From contig NC_068986.1 of the NCBI RefSeq assembly GCF_001194135.2, positions 107,790,736 to 107,831,779 on the forward strand: 41,044 bases of DNA. The letters are read 5' to 3'. Under the pieces are notes generated by a model that was given only the letters and a program-made list of their open reading frames with translations, was not told where the DNA came from and searched no databases. Shown in pieces: positions 1-8,899 of this stretch (within the stretch, counting starts at the first letter, position 1; every line of letters starts with the position of its first letter). Origin of the DNA: Octopus bimaculoides (lineage: Eukaryota). The position numbers and the translations under genes were made by a program.

Positions 1-18
1 GTATGTACGTATGTATGT

Positions 19-372
19 ATGGCTTTGGCTGGCCTCAAATCTCACCTGCGAACCCATGGAAAACAAACTTCAACCAGCTATTCTGATTATATGTCTGTGC
101 ACACGTTTGAATGTGGTGTATGCCAGAAGGCTTGCAAATCCAATGCGGGTCTTAAAAGACATGTTAGGATCCACAATGAGCAGAACTTACCTGCAGGTAT
201 TGGTAGTGCAAATCAGAAGTGCAATCTGTGTGGGTGTTTTTTCAAAACACTGTCTGGTTTTAAAAAGCCACATGAGACGCCATGAAAGGGCTAAGGTGTA
301 GGTGCAGGAGGTGGTCAGACTCTGTTTAAGGAGTAGACAACCACCACCATGTATGTATGTATGAATGCATGT
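19..372 (+). mobile_element. 5'-truncated 3' end of a LINE (probably RTE-like) with C-terminal C2H2 zinc fingers, short hairpin 3'UTR and (ATGT)n tail
   Basis: ORF 19-285 has ..AGLKSHLRTH, CGVCQKACKSNAGLKRHVRIH and CNLCGCFFKTLSG. Removing one T near 258-261 restores LKSHMRRH and a stop at 299-301. Linkers are not TGEKP-type. The stop is followed by GGTGGT..ACTC..GAGT..ACCACC (310-348) and (ATGT)n. Assignment to RTE rests on recalled C-terminal GL.SH.R.H fingers. Confidence 0.55.
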
Positions 373-374
373 CT

Positions 375-905
375 GTCAAATGTAAGCTTAACAGGATATT
401 GTTGTTTGGGACAGAAGGACAAAGGCATGTACCATCATAGAGGTCAGCTGCCCAGCAGGTATAAATATCTCTTTGAAAATCAAAAAAGAGGATATCTATG
501 GACAACTGCTTCGGAACCTCCAGCTTCTATATCCAGAATATAAATTCATATTCATACCAGTAATAATTGGAGTACTGGGTCTTGTTAGTAAATGCTTAAA
601 GAAGAATCCAGATAAACTGGGATTTTCAGAAAGAGAAATGGACCGGCTAATTCGTACATTACAAGTGCAATCTGTGAGTGGAACAATAAAAATATGCAAG
701 AATTTTCCAAATGTGAATTTGTCTGTGTTAATGATAAAGCCTTGTATCTTTGTTGTAAACCGGCTCCCTCCTCAGTGGAAGATTTATAATAATCAAAAAA
801 ATGCAAGAGACATACATACATGATGCTGAAATTCTAATGAACCTTCGATCAAGGTTAGAAACCAGCTCTTTCTCGGCAAAAAAATCTTGAAATAAAACTG
901 AACAC
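375..905 (+). mobile_element. 3' fragment of an R4/Dong-type non-LTR retrotransposon (PD-(D/E)xK restriction-like endonuclease plus 3'UTR)
   Basis: Frame starting at 395 reads DIVVWDRRTKACTIIEVSCPAGINISLKIKKEDIYGQLLRNLQLLYPEYKFIFIPVIIGVLGLV...LQVQSVSGTIKICKNF. KCKLNR lies just upstream in another frame (NR[P]D frameshifted). This is the RLE motif of R4/Dong-clade elements. The 3' boundary is approximate. Confidence 0.85.
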
Positions 906-950
906 TCACATACATACGTATGTGTGTACCTATACATGTATATACACACG

Positions 951-1331
951 TGGAGGCGCAATGGCCCAGTGGTTAGGGCAGCGGACTCGCGGTCATAGGA
1001 TCGCAGTTTCGATTCCCAGACCGGGCGTTGTGAGTGTTTATTGAGCGAAAACACCTAAATCTCCACGAGGCTCCGGCAGAAGATGGTGGCGAACTCTGCT
1101 GTACTCTTTCACCACAACTTTCACTCTTACTTCCTGTTTCTGTTGTGCCTGTAATTCAAAGGGTCAGCCTTGTCACACTGTGTCACGCTGAATATCCCCG
1201 AGAACTACGTTAAGGGTACACGTGTCTGTGGAGTGCAAAGTCACGTGCACGTTAATTTCACGAGCAGGCTGTTCCGTTGATCGGATCAACTGGAACCCTC
1301 GTCGTCGTAAGCGACGGAGTGCCAACAACAA
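951..1331 (+). mobile_element. SINE family A, full length (tRNA-derived head, (CAA)n tail)
   Basis: A box TGGCCCAGTGG at 962-972, B-box-like GTTTCGATTCC, ends GGAGTGCCAACAACAA. Near-identical copies at 7550 and 32884. Confidence 0.9.
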
Positions 1332-2034
1332 TAATAATTTACATACACCTGGCTGTGCGTGCATCGGTCTTGTAGCCCTTTGTTTTAATATCTTTCCTTA
1401 AGTAATCAGATCTTTTCTCCTTTAATTATTCAACAAAAAATATATTAAGATACACCAAAATATTGATTTATATCTCTAAGCAATCTCATTAGACCTTTCT
1501 TTTGCTATCTCCTTATACCAATTACCTTGTAGGGCATGATGACATCTGATGTGTTTGTTTGGGCCGAGGAAACTTAGATTAATATTTATTTATCTCAGCG
1601 GGAATACACTAGTTATTTATAAGGAATGTATTAAGTACGCAACTGATAATATTTATAGTATAGCATTGTATAAATTTCTCATGTACACACACGCTCACAT
1701 ACACACACAGATACAGATAATACGCACATATACATTTATGTATACATATTCATATAATGTGTGTGTCTGTGTGTCTGTGTGTACGCGTATGTGTAGTTGT
1801 GTATAAATGTGTGTGCGCGTTTGTGTCTTGTGTGTATGCGAAACCATATTGTTAGCAGGGTGTCGGCCGATCAGTGTAAGAGCCGACAATTTGTATTCTG
1901 TCTCCATAGCAAAAAGTTCTGAACGTCCGCTTCAAAAGCTAACATAAACTCCTAACAAAGGACACCTACTGGTGCACTTGGTACGTCGTTAGTCGTTCGG
2001 AAAGTGATGCTATCATTGTCATACTTTACTATGG

Positions 2035-2042
<8 letters not shown>

Positions 2043-2101
<59 letters not shown>
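2043..2101. repeat. (TA)n microsatellite
   Basis: Direct reading. Confidence 0.95.
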
Positions 2102-2104
<3 letters not shown>

Positions 2105-2141
2105 GTTTGACGATGCAAACAGGAAAAATAGAATTTAAAAT

Positions 2142-3014
2142 ATGAGGTGTAGTCAAATAGTATTCGACCTTGATTTTTTTTTTCCACAAAATAATAATGC
2201 GTGAGCAAAATCCGCATGGGTATTAGATGGCTGCGTCTTTCCTGAGCATGCGCAAAAATTTTCGTGTCTGTAGGTTGGGCCATTCGCAGTGACGCGTTAA
2301 GTAGAGACGTGAAGAGTCTACTGTGTGATTTTTCTACGTGAGTCAAGATGACCGAGCGCACTGAGAAAAGATACTGTATCAAATTCTGCGAAAAACTTGG
2401 TGATAGGCAAGTCCAAACTATCGAGAAGAATCAGGAGGCCTTTGGAGACGATGCTATGGGAAAGACACAAATAAAGGAGTGGCCGTACCTCAGTGGACAG
2501 TGAGCCACAGTGTGGCAGACCATTGACTAGTAGAAACGACGGAATGATTGCGAAGATTTGAGGAATAGTCTATGAAGACCGTCGTGTGACTATTGCGAAG
2601 TTGGAATCAGCCATGGATCAAATCAGTCAGTTCAGTTCAGTCAGTTAATTCCCACCATGTCGTCCAAGCGTTCCTCCTCAAGCAAAACACATCACTTGTT
2701 CATCAGACTTTCCTACTCACGAGATTTGGCTCCGTGTGACTTTTGGCTATTCACAAAGCTAAAAAGAAAAAAGTAACACTCAAAGGGAGAAGATTTGAGT
2801 CAACAGACGACATTAAGCCAAATTCGACGGCACAGCTTTACAGCATCCAAAAAAGCGATTTCCAGAAATGTTTCCAGAAGTGGCACGAACACTGGCAGAA
2901 GTGTGTAGACTTCCAAGGCTAGTACTTTGAAGGAGACTAAATCAAAATAGTGACTTTTTTAATATCACTTGTTTTTTGGGGCCAAAGGTCGGATACTTTT
3001 TTACTACACCTCAT
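2142..3014 (+). mobile_element. Internally deleted mariner (Tc1/mariner) element with both TIRs
   Basis: 29-bp TIRs at 2142-2170 and 2986-3014 (26/29 match). N-terminal MTERTEKRYCIKFCEKLG...GRP...EDRRVTI. C-terminal YSRDLAPCDFWLF..LKGRRFES...WQKCVDFQG*YFEGD*. The central catalytic region is missing. Confidence 0.9.
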
Positions 3015-3022
3015 TTATATAT

Positions 3023-3167
3023 TTAGCAGAAGCAGCAGAGTGACTCAATGGCCGAGAGGTTTCGTGCGTTAACACTTATCGAACTAGTTACAAATCCTAG
3101 TAACTAGTTTGATACGAACTAACACACGAAACTTTAGGCCCTTGTGTCGCTTCGTTGCTTCTGCTAA
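3023..3167. mobile_element. Fold-back (MITE-like) palindromic element
   Basis: Left arm TTAGCAGAAGCAGCAGAGTGACTC.. is the reverse complement of right arm ..GTGTCGCTTCGTTGCTTCTGCTAA. Inner stem TATCGAACTAGTTAC/GTAACTAGTTTGATA. A second left-arm copy lies at 32242-32310. Confidence 0.75.
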
Positions 3168-3212
3168 CTATTTATTAGACTAGTTACTAGGATTTGAAGC
3201 CGGTAGTTTGTC

Positions 3213-3297
3213 TCATGACTCGAGTTTCATGCTACTGCGATCTTCAAGCTAGTTTTACGTTAAGATCGCAGTGACGCAAAACACGAGTCGGAAGACA
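3213..3297. repeat. Second imperfect inverted repeat adjacent to the fold-back element
   Basis: Perfect 11-bp stem ACTGCGATCTT/AAGATCGCAGT, with outer GACTCG/CGAGTC and GTCT/AGAC pairing. Confidence 0.65.
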
Positions 3298-3334
3298 CTC
3301 ATACCTTCAGCTTCATGATTTTTCTCAAATTCCA

Positions 3335-3410
3335 AATGGAGCTTTGTATCTTTGATGGAAACCGGCTTCCTCCTCAGTGGAAGATTTATAATAATTAAAA
3401 AATAGAAGAG

Positions 3411-3411
<1 letters not shown>
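3335..3411 (+). mobile_element. Short 3'UTR fragment of the same R4/Dong-type element as 375-905
   Basis: TTGTATCTTTG..AAACCGGCT.CCTCCTCAGTGGAAGATTTATAATAAT.AAAAAAT..AAGAGAC matches about 742-811. Confidence 0.85.
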
Positions 3412-3477
<66 letters not shown>

Positions 3478-3478
<1 letters not shown>

Positions 3479-3625
3479 GGGAGAATTTACGAAAAAAACA
3501 ACAGACGAAGACAGGTGGTGTAAACAACAAAAGGATGTATTAGTTTAACGCTCGGGAATGCAGAAAGTATTTGACGTTTCGAGCCTACGCTCTTCAACTG
3601 AAAGGAACACAAAAAGAAATAAATG
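3478..3625 (-). mobile_element. Short Penelope-like terminal (pLTR-like) element with a hammerhead-like motif
   Basis: Minus strand reads CCTTT-CAGTTGA-A-GAGC-GTAG-GCTC-GAAAC-GTC-AAA (3570-3605). Homologous to 33355-33510. Flanked by (TA)n on both sides. Confidence 0.55.
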
Positions 3626-3675
3626 TAGTGGTCAGCGATCTATCATGGCATATATATATATATATATATATATAT

Positions 3676-3930
3676 CCTAGTGGTTATGGTGTTGCACGCA
3701 TGATCTAGCGATTGTGTGTTCAATTCCTAGACAGGGTAGTGAGTTGTGTTCTTGAGCAAAACGCTTCATTTCACGTTACTCTGCGATCACTTCGACACCT
3801 GCCACGTGGTACACCTGGGTGCACCTGTTCAGACAACGTCGATTTGATTGAGTGAACTAATGTGCGACACGAACATTTGAACACATTTGTGCAGGTCGTT
3901 GAACGCTCATACGTCGTCTTCGAAGGGAGA
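3676..3930 (+). mobile_element. SINE family C (tRNA head, CORE-like GTGTTCTTGAGCAAAAC segment), diverged
   Basis: CCTAGTGGTT A-box remnant and GTTCAATTCC B box, followed by TTGTGTTCTTGAGCAAAACGCTTCATTTCACGTT, which matches 27922-28059 (minus). The 3' boundary is approximate. Confidence 0.7.
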
Positions 3931-4048
3931 GTCATTCTCTTTTGCCTTATTTCTTAACACACTCGCCGGCTCAATTTCCACTCATTTATTTTTTTCTTTT
4001 TCTAAAATTTTCGTTGCGTCTTGCAATCTCTTTAATAGTCGTTATATT

Positions 4049-4211
4049 GGAGTGGGTGTGTGGCAAGTAGCTTCCTTATCAACCACATGGTTCCAGGTTC
4101 AGTCCCACTGCGAGGCATCTTGGGCAAGTGTCTTCTACTATAGCCTCGGGCAGACCAAAACCTTGTGAGTGGATTTGGTAGATGGAAACTGAAAGAAGCA
4201 CATCGTATATA

Positions 4212-4261
<50 letters not shown>

Positions 4262-4428
4262 ACAACCGATGCCGGTGTGTTTATGTCCCCGCCACTAGTG
4301 GTTCGGCAAAAGAGACCGATAGAATAAGTACTAGGCTTACAAAGACTAAGTCCCGGGGTCGATTTGCTCGACTAAAGGCGGTGCTCCAGCAAGGCCGCAA
4401 TCAAATGACTGAAAGAAGTAAAAGAGTA
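4049..4428 (+). mobile_element. SINE family OR-like, full length, with internal (TG)n microsatellite
   Basis: Head GGTTCCAGGTTCAGTCCC, CORE-like TCTTGGGCAAGTGTCTT, internal (TA)/(TG)n at about 4207-4258, 3' half ending AAGTAAAAGAGTA. Homologous to 17906-18327. Confidence 0.9.
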
Positions 4429-5084
4429 TATATATATATATATATATGAAAGTATGTGTAGCTGTATGTATAAGCCTAAAGTGTTCTTAAACGGCAATTT
4501 CAATGTATATAAAGACAAAGTGCATTACGATCTACTGGGCCACGCCGATGAGGGCGCCCCAAATATTTTCGTTGTTCAGTACAACGTTTCTTTCAAGAAT
4601 ATTCTCATGCTAAGTTTGCACTGAGAACACAAAACATTTTTTAAAGAATATATCGCTTTTTTGTTGAGTTTTTTTTTTCTATAATAGTCACAAAGTTTAC
4701 TCGTTCTTTAAATTATAATCTAATGTTTAGATTTTGTTCGTTGTAAAAGCTTGTCAGATAAACTGATTTAGACCATATGAAGGACTGAGAAAATTACATC
4801 GAATGACTTGAAAATGAACAGACAGGAAAAAAAAATTCATGTTTGTGCCATACAATAATGTCTTGGTAAATCTCTTTAGAAGGAAATGGCGTGATCTGAC
4901 AGACATTCTGTGGCCATTCCTAAGCAGAACTACAACTAGACTACAACAGAATCAAGCCGACAATTTTGTTTCCTGAATCTAAGTAAATTGACTTAGTGAT
5001 GGTTGAATCTATTTCCTTTTTTATTATTCCTGAAAATTTGGACAAAAACCTATTTTTGTAGCCAAGTGAAAATATTTCTGATAT

Positions 5085-5119
5085 CCTCCCTCTCTCTGCA
5101 TCTCTTTTCATCTCTCTCT

Positions 5120-5158
<39 letters not shown>

Positions 5159-5410
5159 TCTTCATCTCTCTTTTTCATCTCTCTTCCTTTCTTTCTCTCT
5201 TCTTCTCTCTCCCTCTCTTTCTCTCTCTCTCTCTCTCTTCATTTCTCTCTATTCCTCTCTCGCTTCTGCTTCTGTCTTTTTCTTTCTGTCTCCTTTTCTT
5301 CTATTTCTCAGACATTTTTATCAATCTTTAAACTTACCTAATTATATTCTCTCTTTCTTCTCTCCCTCTCACTCACTCTCACTTTCTTTCGTCTTATCTT
5401 TCTCCTTTTC
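5085..5410. repeat. Degenerate (CT)n / polypyrimidine low-complexity tract
   Basis: Direct reading. Confidence 0.9.
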
Positions 5411-5529
5411 TAACCAACTCTCATATTATTATTTCTCTTTCTCCCCCCCCCCACCACCACCACCTTCATTATTTTTATTGTTTGTTTCCTTTTCTCTTAC
5501 TTCAAAATTCAGGTTTCTAATAAAATAAT

Positions 5530-5660
5530 TAACGAAGGCGTATGACCTAATGGTAAGTAGGTTCAGATCATGATCGTATGTTCAATTTTTAGACCGGGCG
5601 ACACGCTCTGGCCTTAGACTTTATACCACACTGCCCCAGTCTACTCAGCTGTAAATGAGC
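5530..5660 (+). mobile_element. Highly diverged SINE family C fragment
   Basis: CCCAGTCTACTCAGCTGTAAATG matches CCAGTCCACTCAGCTGTAAATG of the 27922-28059 copy, with a degenerate tRNA-like head upstream. Confidence 0.5.
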
Positions 5661-6089
5661 ACCAGTTGGTGAAACCCTCTCAACCTCTAACTGTCATTTT
5701 CTGACTGTTCCGCTGGCCGATGCGTAATGGAGCTGAGAGGATATCTATGACTGCTTACTATTACATAGACATTTCACACAATTAACAAAAGCATGATAAA
5801 GTTATCGAGTCATACTTGCTCGTGAGTGACGATGGTTTGGATTAAATGAAGTACTAAGTCAATTAACCACAAAATATTCCCCTGCAACAAGTGTGGGAAA
5901 GCGAAAGATTTCATGTTTAGAAACTATAAACAATTGAACGCATTTGTCTTGGTTATCTGTCAAATAAATATTTACTACTTCCATTGTAAAACTGTACAAC
6001 TAAAGCTTAATTTAATATTATTCCTATTAAAAATCTTATACATGATTATTCAGAAATACTTATCTGACAAGTTAAAGAATTGCCATCAA

Positions 6090-6278
6090 TTTCAGGGGTT
6101 GGGGGTAAGTCAATTACAGCGACTCCAATATTCGACTGGTACTTTACTTTGTCGACCCAGAAAGGATGAAAGGCAAAATCGGCCTCGCTGGCATTTGAAC
6201 TCAAAACGTATAGATGATCGAAATGCCGCTAAGCATTTTTTTCTGGCGTGATAACGATTCTGCCAGCTCAGCGCCTTA
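6090..6278 (-). mobile_element. SINE family M (tRNA head plus Meta/MESC-like central domain)
   Basis: Minus strand GGCGCTGAGCTGGCAGAATCGTT..GAGTTCAAAT..GCCTTTCATCCTTTCTGGGTCGAC..GTACCAGT. The Meta/MESC resemblance is from recall. Confidence 0.85.
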
Positions 6279-6333
6279 CCAGAAGCGATGGTGGGGGATA
6301 AACACAGACACACAAACATATATATATATATAT

Positions 6334-6878
6334 NNNNNNNNNNNNNNNNNNNNNNNNNNNNNNNNNNNNNNNNNNNNNNNNNNNNNNNNNNNNNNNNNNN
6401 NNNNNNNNNNNNNNNNNNNNNNNNNNNNNNNNNNNNNNNNNNNNNNNNNNNNNNNNNNNNNNNNNNNNNNNNNNNNNNNNNNNNNNNNNNNNNNNNNNNN
6501 NNNNNNNNNNNNNNNNNNNNNNNNNNNNNNNNNNNNNNNNNNNNNNNNNNNNNNNNNNNNNNNNNNNNNNNNNNNNNNNNNNNNNNNNNNNNNNNNNNNN
6601 NNNNNNNNNNNNNNNNNNNNNNNNNNNNNNNNNNNNNNNNNNNNNNNNNNNNNNNNNNNNNNNNNNNNNNNNNNNNNNNNNNNNNNNNNNNNNNNNNNNN
6701 NNNNNNNNNNNNNNNNNNNNNNNNNNNNNNNNNNNNNNNNNNNNNNNNNNNNNNNNNNNNNNNNNNNNNNNNNNNNNNNNNNNNNNNNNNNNNNNNNNNN
6801 NNNNNNNNNNNNNNNNNNNNNNNNNNNNNNNNNNNNNNNNNNNNNNNNNNNNNNNNNNNNNNNNNNNNNNNNNNNNNN
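6334..6878. other. Assembly gap (first of 9 N-runs; the others are listed in the summary)
   Basis: N-run flanked by (TA)n and (CT)n. Seven of the nine gaps abut simple repeats on at least one side; the 17228 and 38028 gaps start inside SINEs. Confidence 1.
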
Positions 6879-6929
<51 letters not shown>

Positions 6930-7112
6930 TCTCTCTTCTCTCTCCCCCGCGCACACGCACTCAAACACCTTCTACAGCTCTTTCATTGTCTCTTACAAAC
7001 CTCTCAATTTTTTGCAAGACAAACGTCCGAAACGTTCGGTATTGCACAGCTCGCAGTAAATTAATCCAAATAATTTTACGTTTTCTATATTTCTGTGTCT
7101 ATGATTGGGCCA

Positions 7113-7275
7113 GGCTGGCAGCAGAATCCTTCGAAAGTCTGAATAAGTGCAGTATTTCTTTCGCATCTTTACATTCTGAATTCAAATCCTGCCGAGGACA
7201 GCTATGTCTTTCATCTTTTCAGAGTCAATAAAATAAAGTATTAGTCAAGTGACGGGGTCGATGGTATCGACCTAC
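7113..7275 (+). mobile_element. SINE family M, diverged
   Basis: TTCTGAATTCAAATCCTGCCGAGG..TCTTTCATCTTTTC..GGGGTCGATGGTATCGAC. Confidence 0.7.
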
Positions 7276-7549
7276 TTCATCCTTATATGCGCTTAAATCA
7301 ATCATTCATCATCTAATTAATTGTGTCATTAAAACCACTAAGTTTCAAAGCTTTATTATAATAAGAATTAATGAAAATGGTTGCTTTGTAAAACGAAAAT
7401 ATATCGGATGAAAATTTGGATAAGTATATACAAATATTTTCCAAATTATTTCAAACAGAAGGATGGCCGAAAGTGATATTTGTATGTTATCGTTTTTTCA
7501 GTTGATTTTCTAAATAGTGAATGTTTATTTTTGTCTATCTGATTCTAAG

Positions 7550-7933
7550 TGGAGGCGCAATGGCCCAGTGGTTAGGGCAGCGGACTCGCGGTCATAGGAT
7601 CGCGGTTTCGATTCCCAGACCGGGCGTTGTGTGTTTATTGAGCGAAAACACCTAAAAGCTTCACGACGCTCCGGCAGGGGATGGTGGTGAACCCTGCTGT
7701 ACTCTTTCACCGCAACATTCTCTCACTCTTACTTCCTGTTTCTGTTGTGCCTGTATTTCAAAGGGTCAGCCTTGTCACACTGTGTCACGCTGAATATCCC
7801 CGAGAACTACGTTAAGGGTACACGTGTCTGTGGAGTGCTCAGCCACTTGCACGTTAATTTCACGAGCAGGCTGTTCCGTTGATCTGATCAACTGGAACCC
7901 TCGACGTCGTAAGCGACGGAGTGCCAACAACAA
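7550..7933 (+). mobile_element. SINE family A, full length, with perfect 13-bp target-site duplication
   Basis: ATCTGATTCTAAG at 7537-7549 and 7934-7946. Body near-identical to 951-1331. Confidence 0.95.
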
Positions 7934-8899
7934 ATCTGATTCTAAGCCTAATGTAATCGCTAAAAAAATTAGTATTTTAATTGTATGCAAATATATATTA
8001 CGACAGAAATGTTTTGGATGAAAGCCTGAAACTCAAAAGTAATATTTTCTGAATCTAATTTCATGATACCGTGTAATAACGGACCTGTTATCTTTATATA
8101 AGCCACTATGTACATGATTAAACTTACTATGAACAAACATACACTATAAAGCTAACATGTTTCCGCAGAATCTAATCTACCCCTTGCTACGACAAAAGAA
8201 TTACCATCATTCTTCTTTACTCAAAGCTCGTTATTGAAAGAAAGCATTGATCTTTTTAGATATATCATTATTTTGCAATAATAATCACGGATTAAGATGC
8301 AATTCTTGACGCAAAGTAATGCTTTTTGGAGCAAAAATTTAGTTATCGTAAGATTAAATTCAATGATCAGTTGCTGCTTATGACTAATACAATTGAAACA
8401 ATTAGTAACAGAGATATTGTTATTCCATAATAGTAAATCGACTACTTGTATACTTAGAAGTATAATGGTGTCTACGTTCTTTTTATTCGTTATATATGTT
8501 ACTCACTTTTGATTATATTTATATTATATTTTACAAGCTAGGTTATTAGTAAAATTCTCTTTTGTGGACCTTAGATGTATTATAAGATCTTTGTAAAGCT
8601 AGACATTCGGCCTCGTCATTTATTTCTAACACGCTAGTTATTTACTTAGACTCTAAATTAATGGAATTGGGTGCACTAACACATTTTATATTAGTATTAT
8701 TACTACTAATAGTATTCAGCAATAGCTTATTGTAAGTGCCACTGTAATATTTCAAAATGTCTACCGAGTGAACGAAGGACAGCCTTGTATAATACAGTTA
8801 CAAGCAAAACGATTTCTATTGTTAATATACAGAATCAAAGGCTTTTATCTTCTATATAATAAACATACGACCATTTGAGTAATTTCTTTCATTACTTGA

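Noticed and set aside
951-1030. tRNA-like sequences (also heads at 7550, 16892-17125, 17181, 27922-28059, 32884)
   Set aside because: They are Pol III A/B-box heads of multi-copy SINEs followed by SINE bodies, not complete tRNA cloverleaf genes.
6110-7064. Long ORFs spanning N-gaps (also 16885-17713, 20642-21206, 21613-22224, 26933-27922, 29535-30528, 34799-35363, 37874-38506, 40164-40710)
   Set aside because: Their length comes from X residues and microsatellite translations (YI, SL, RE, HT, CV repeats).
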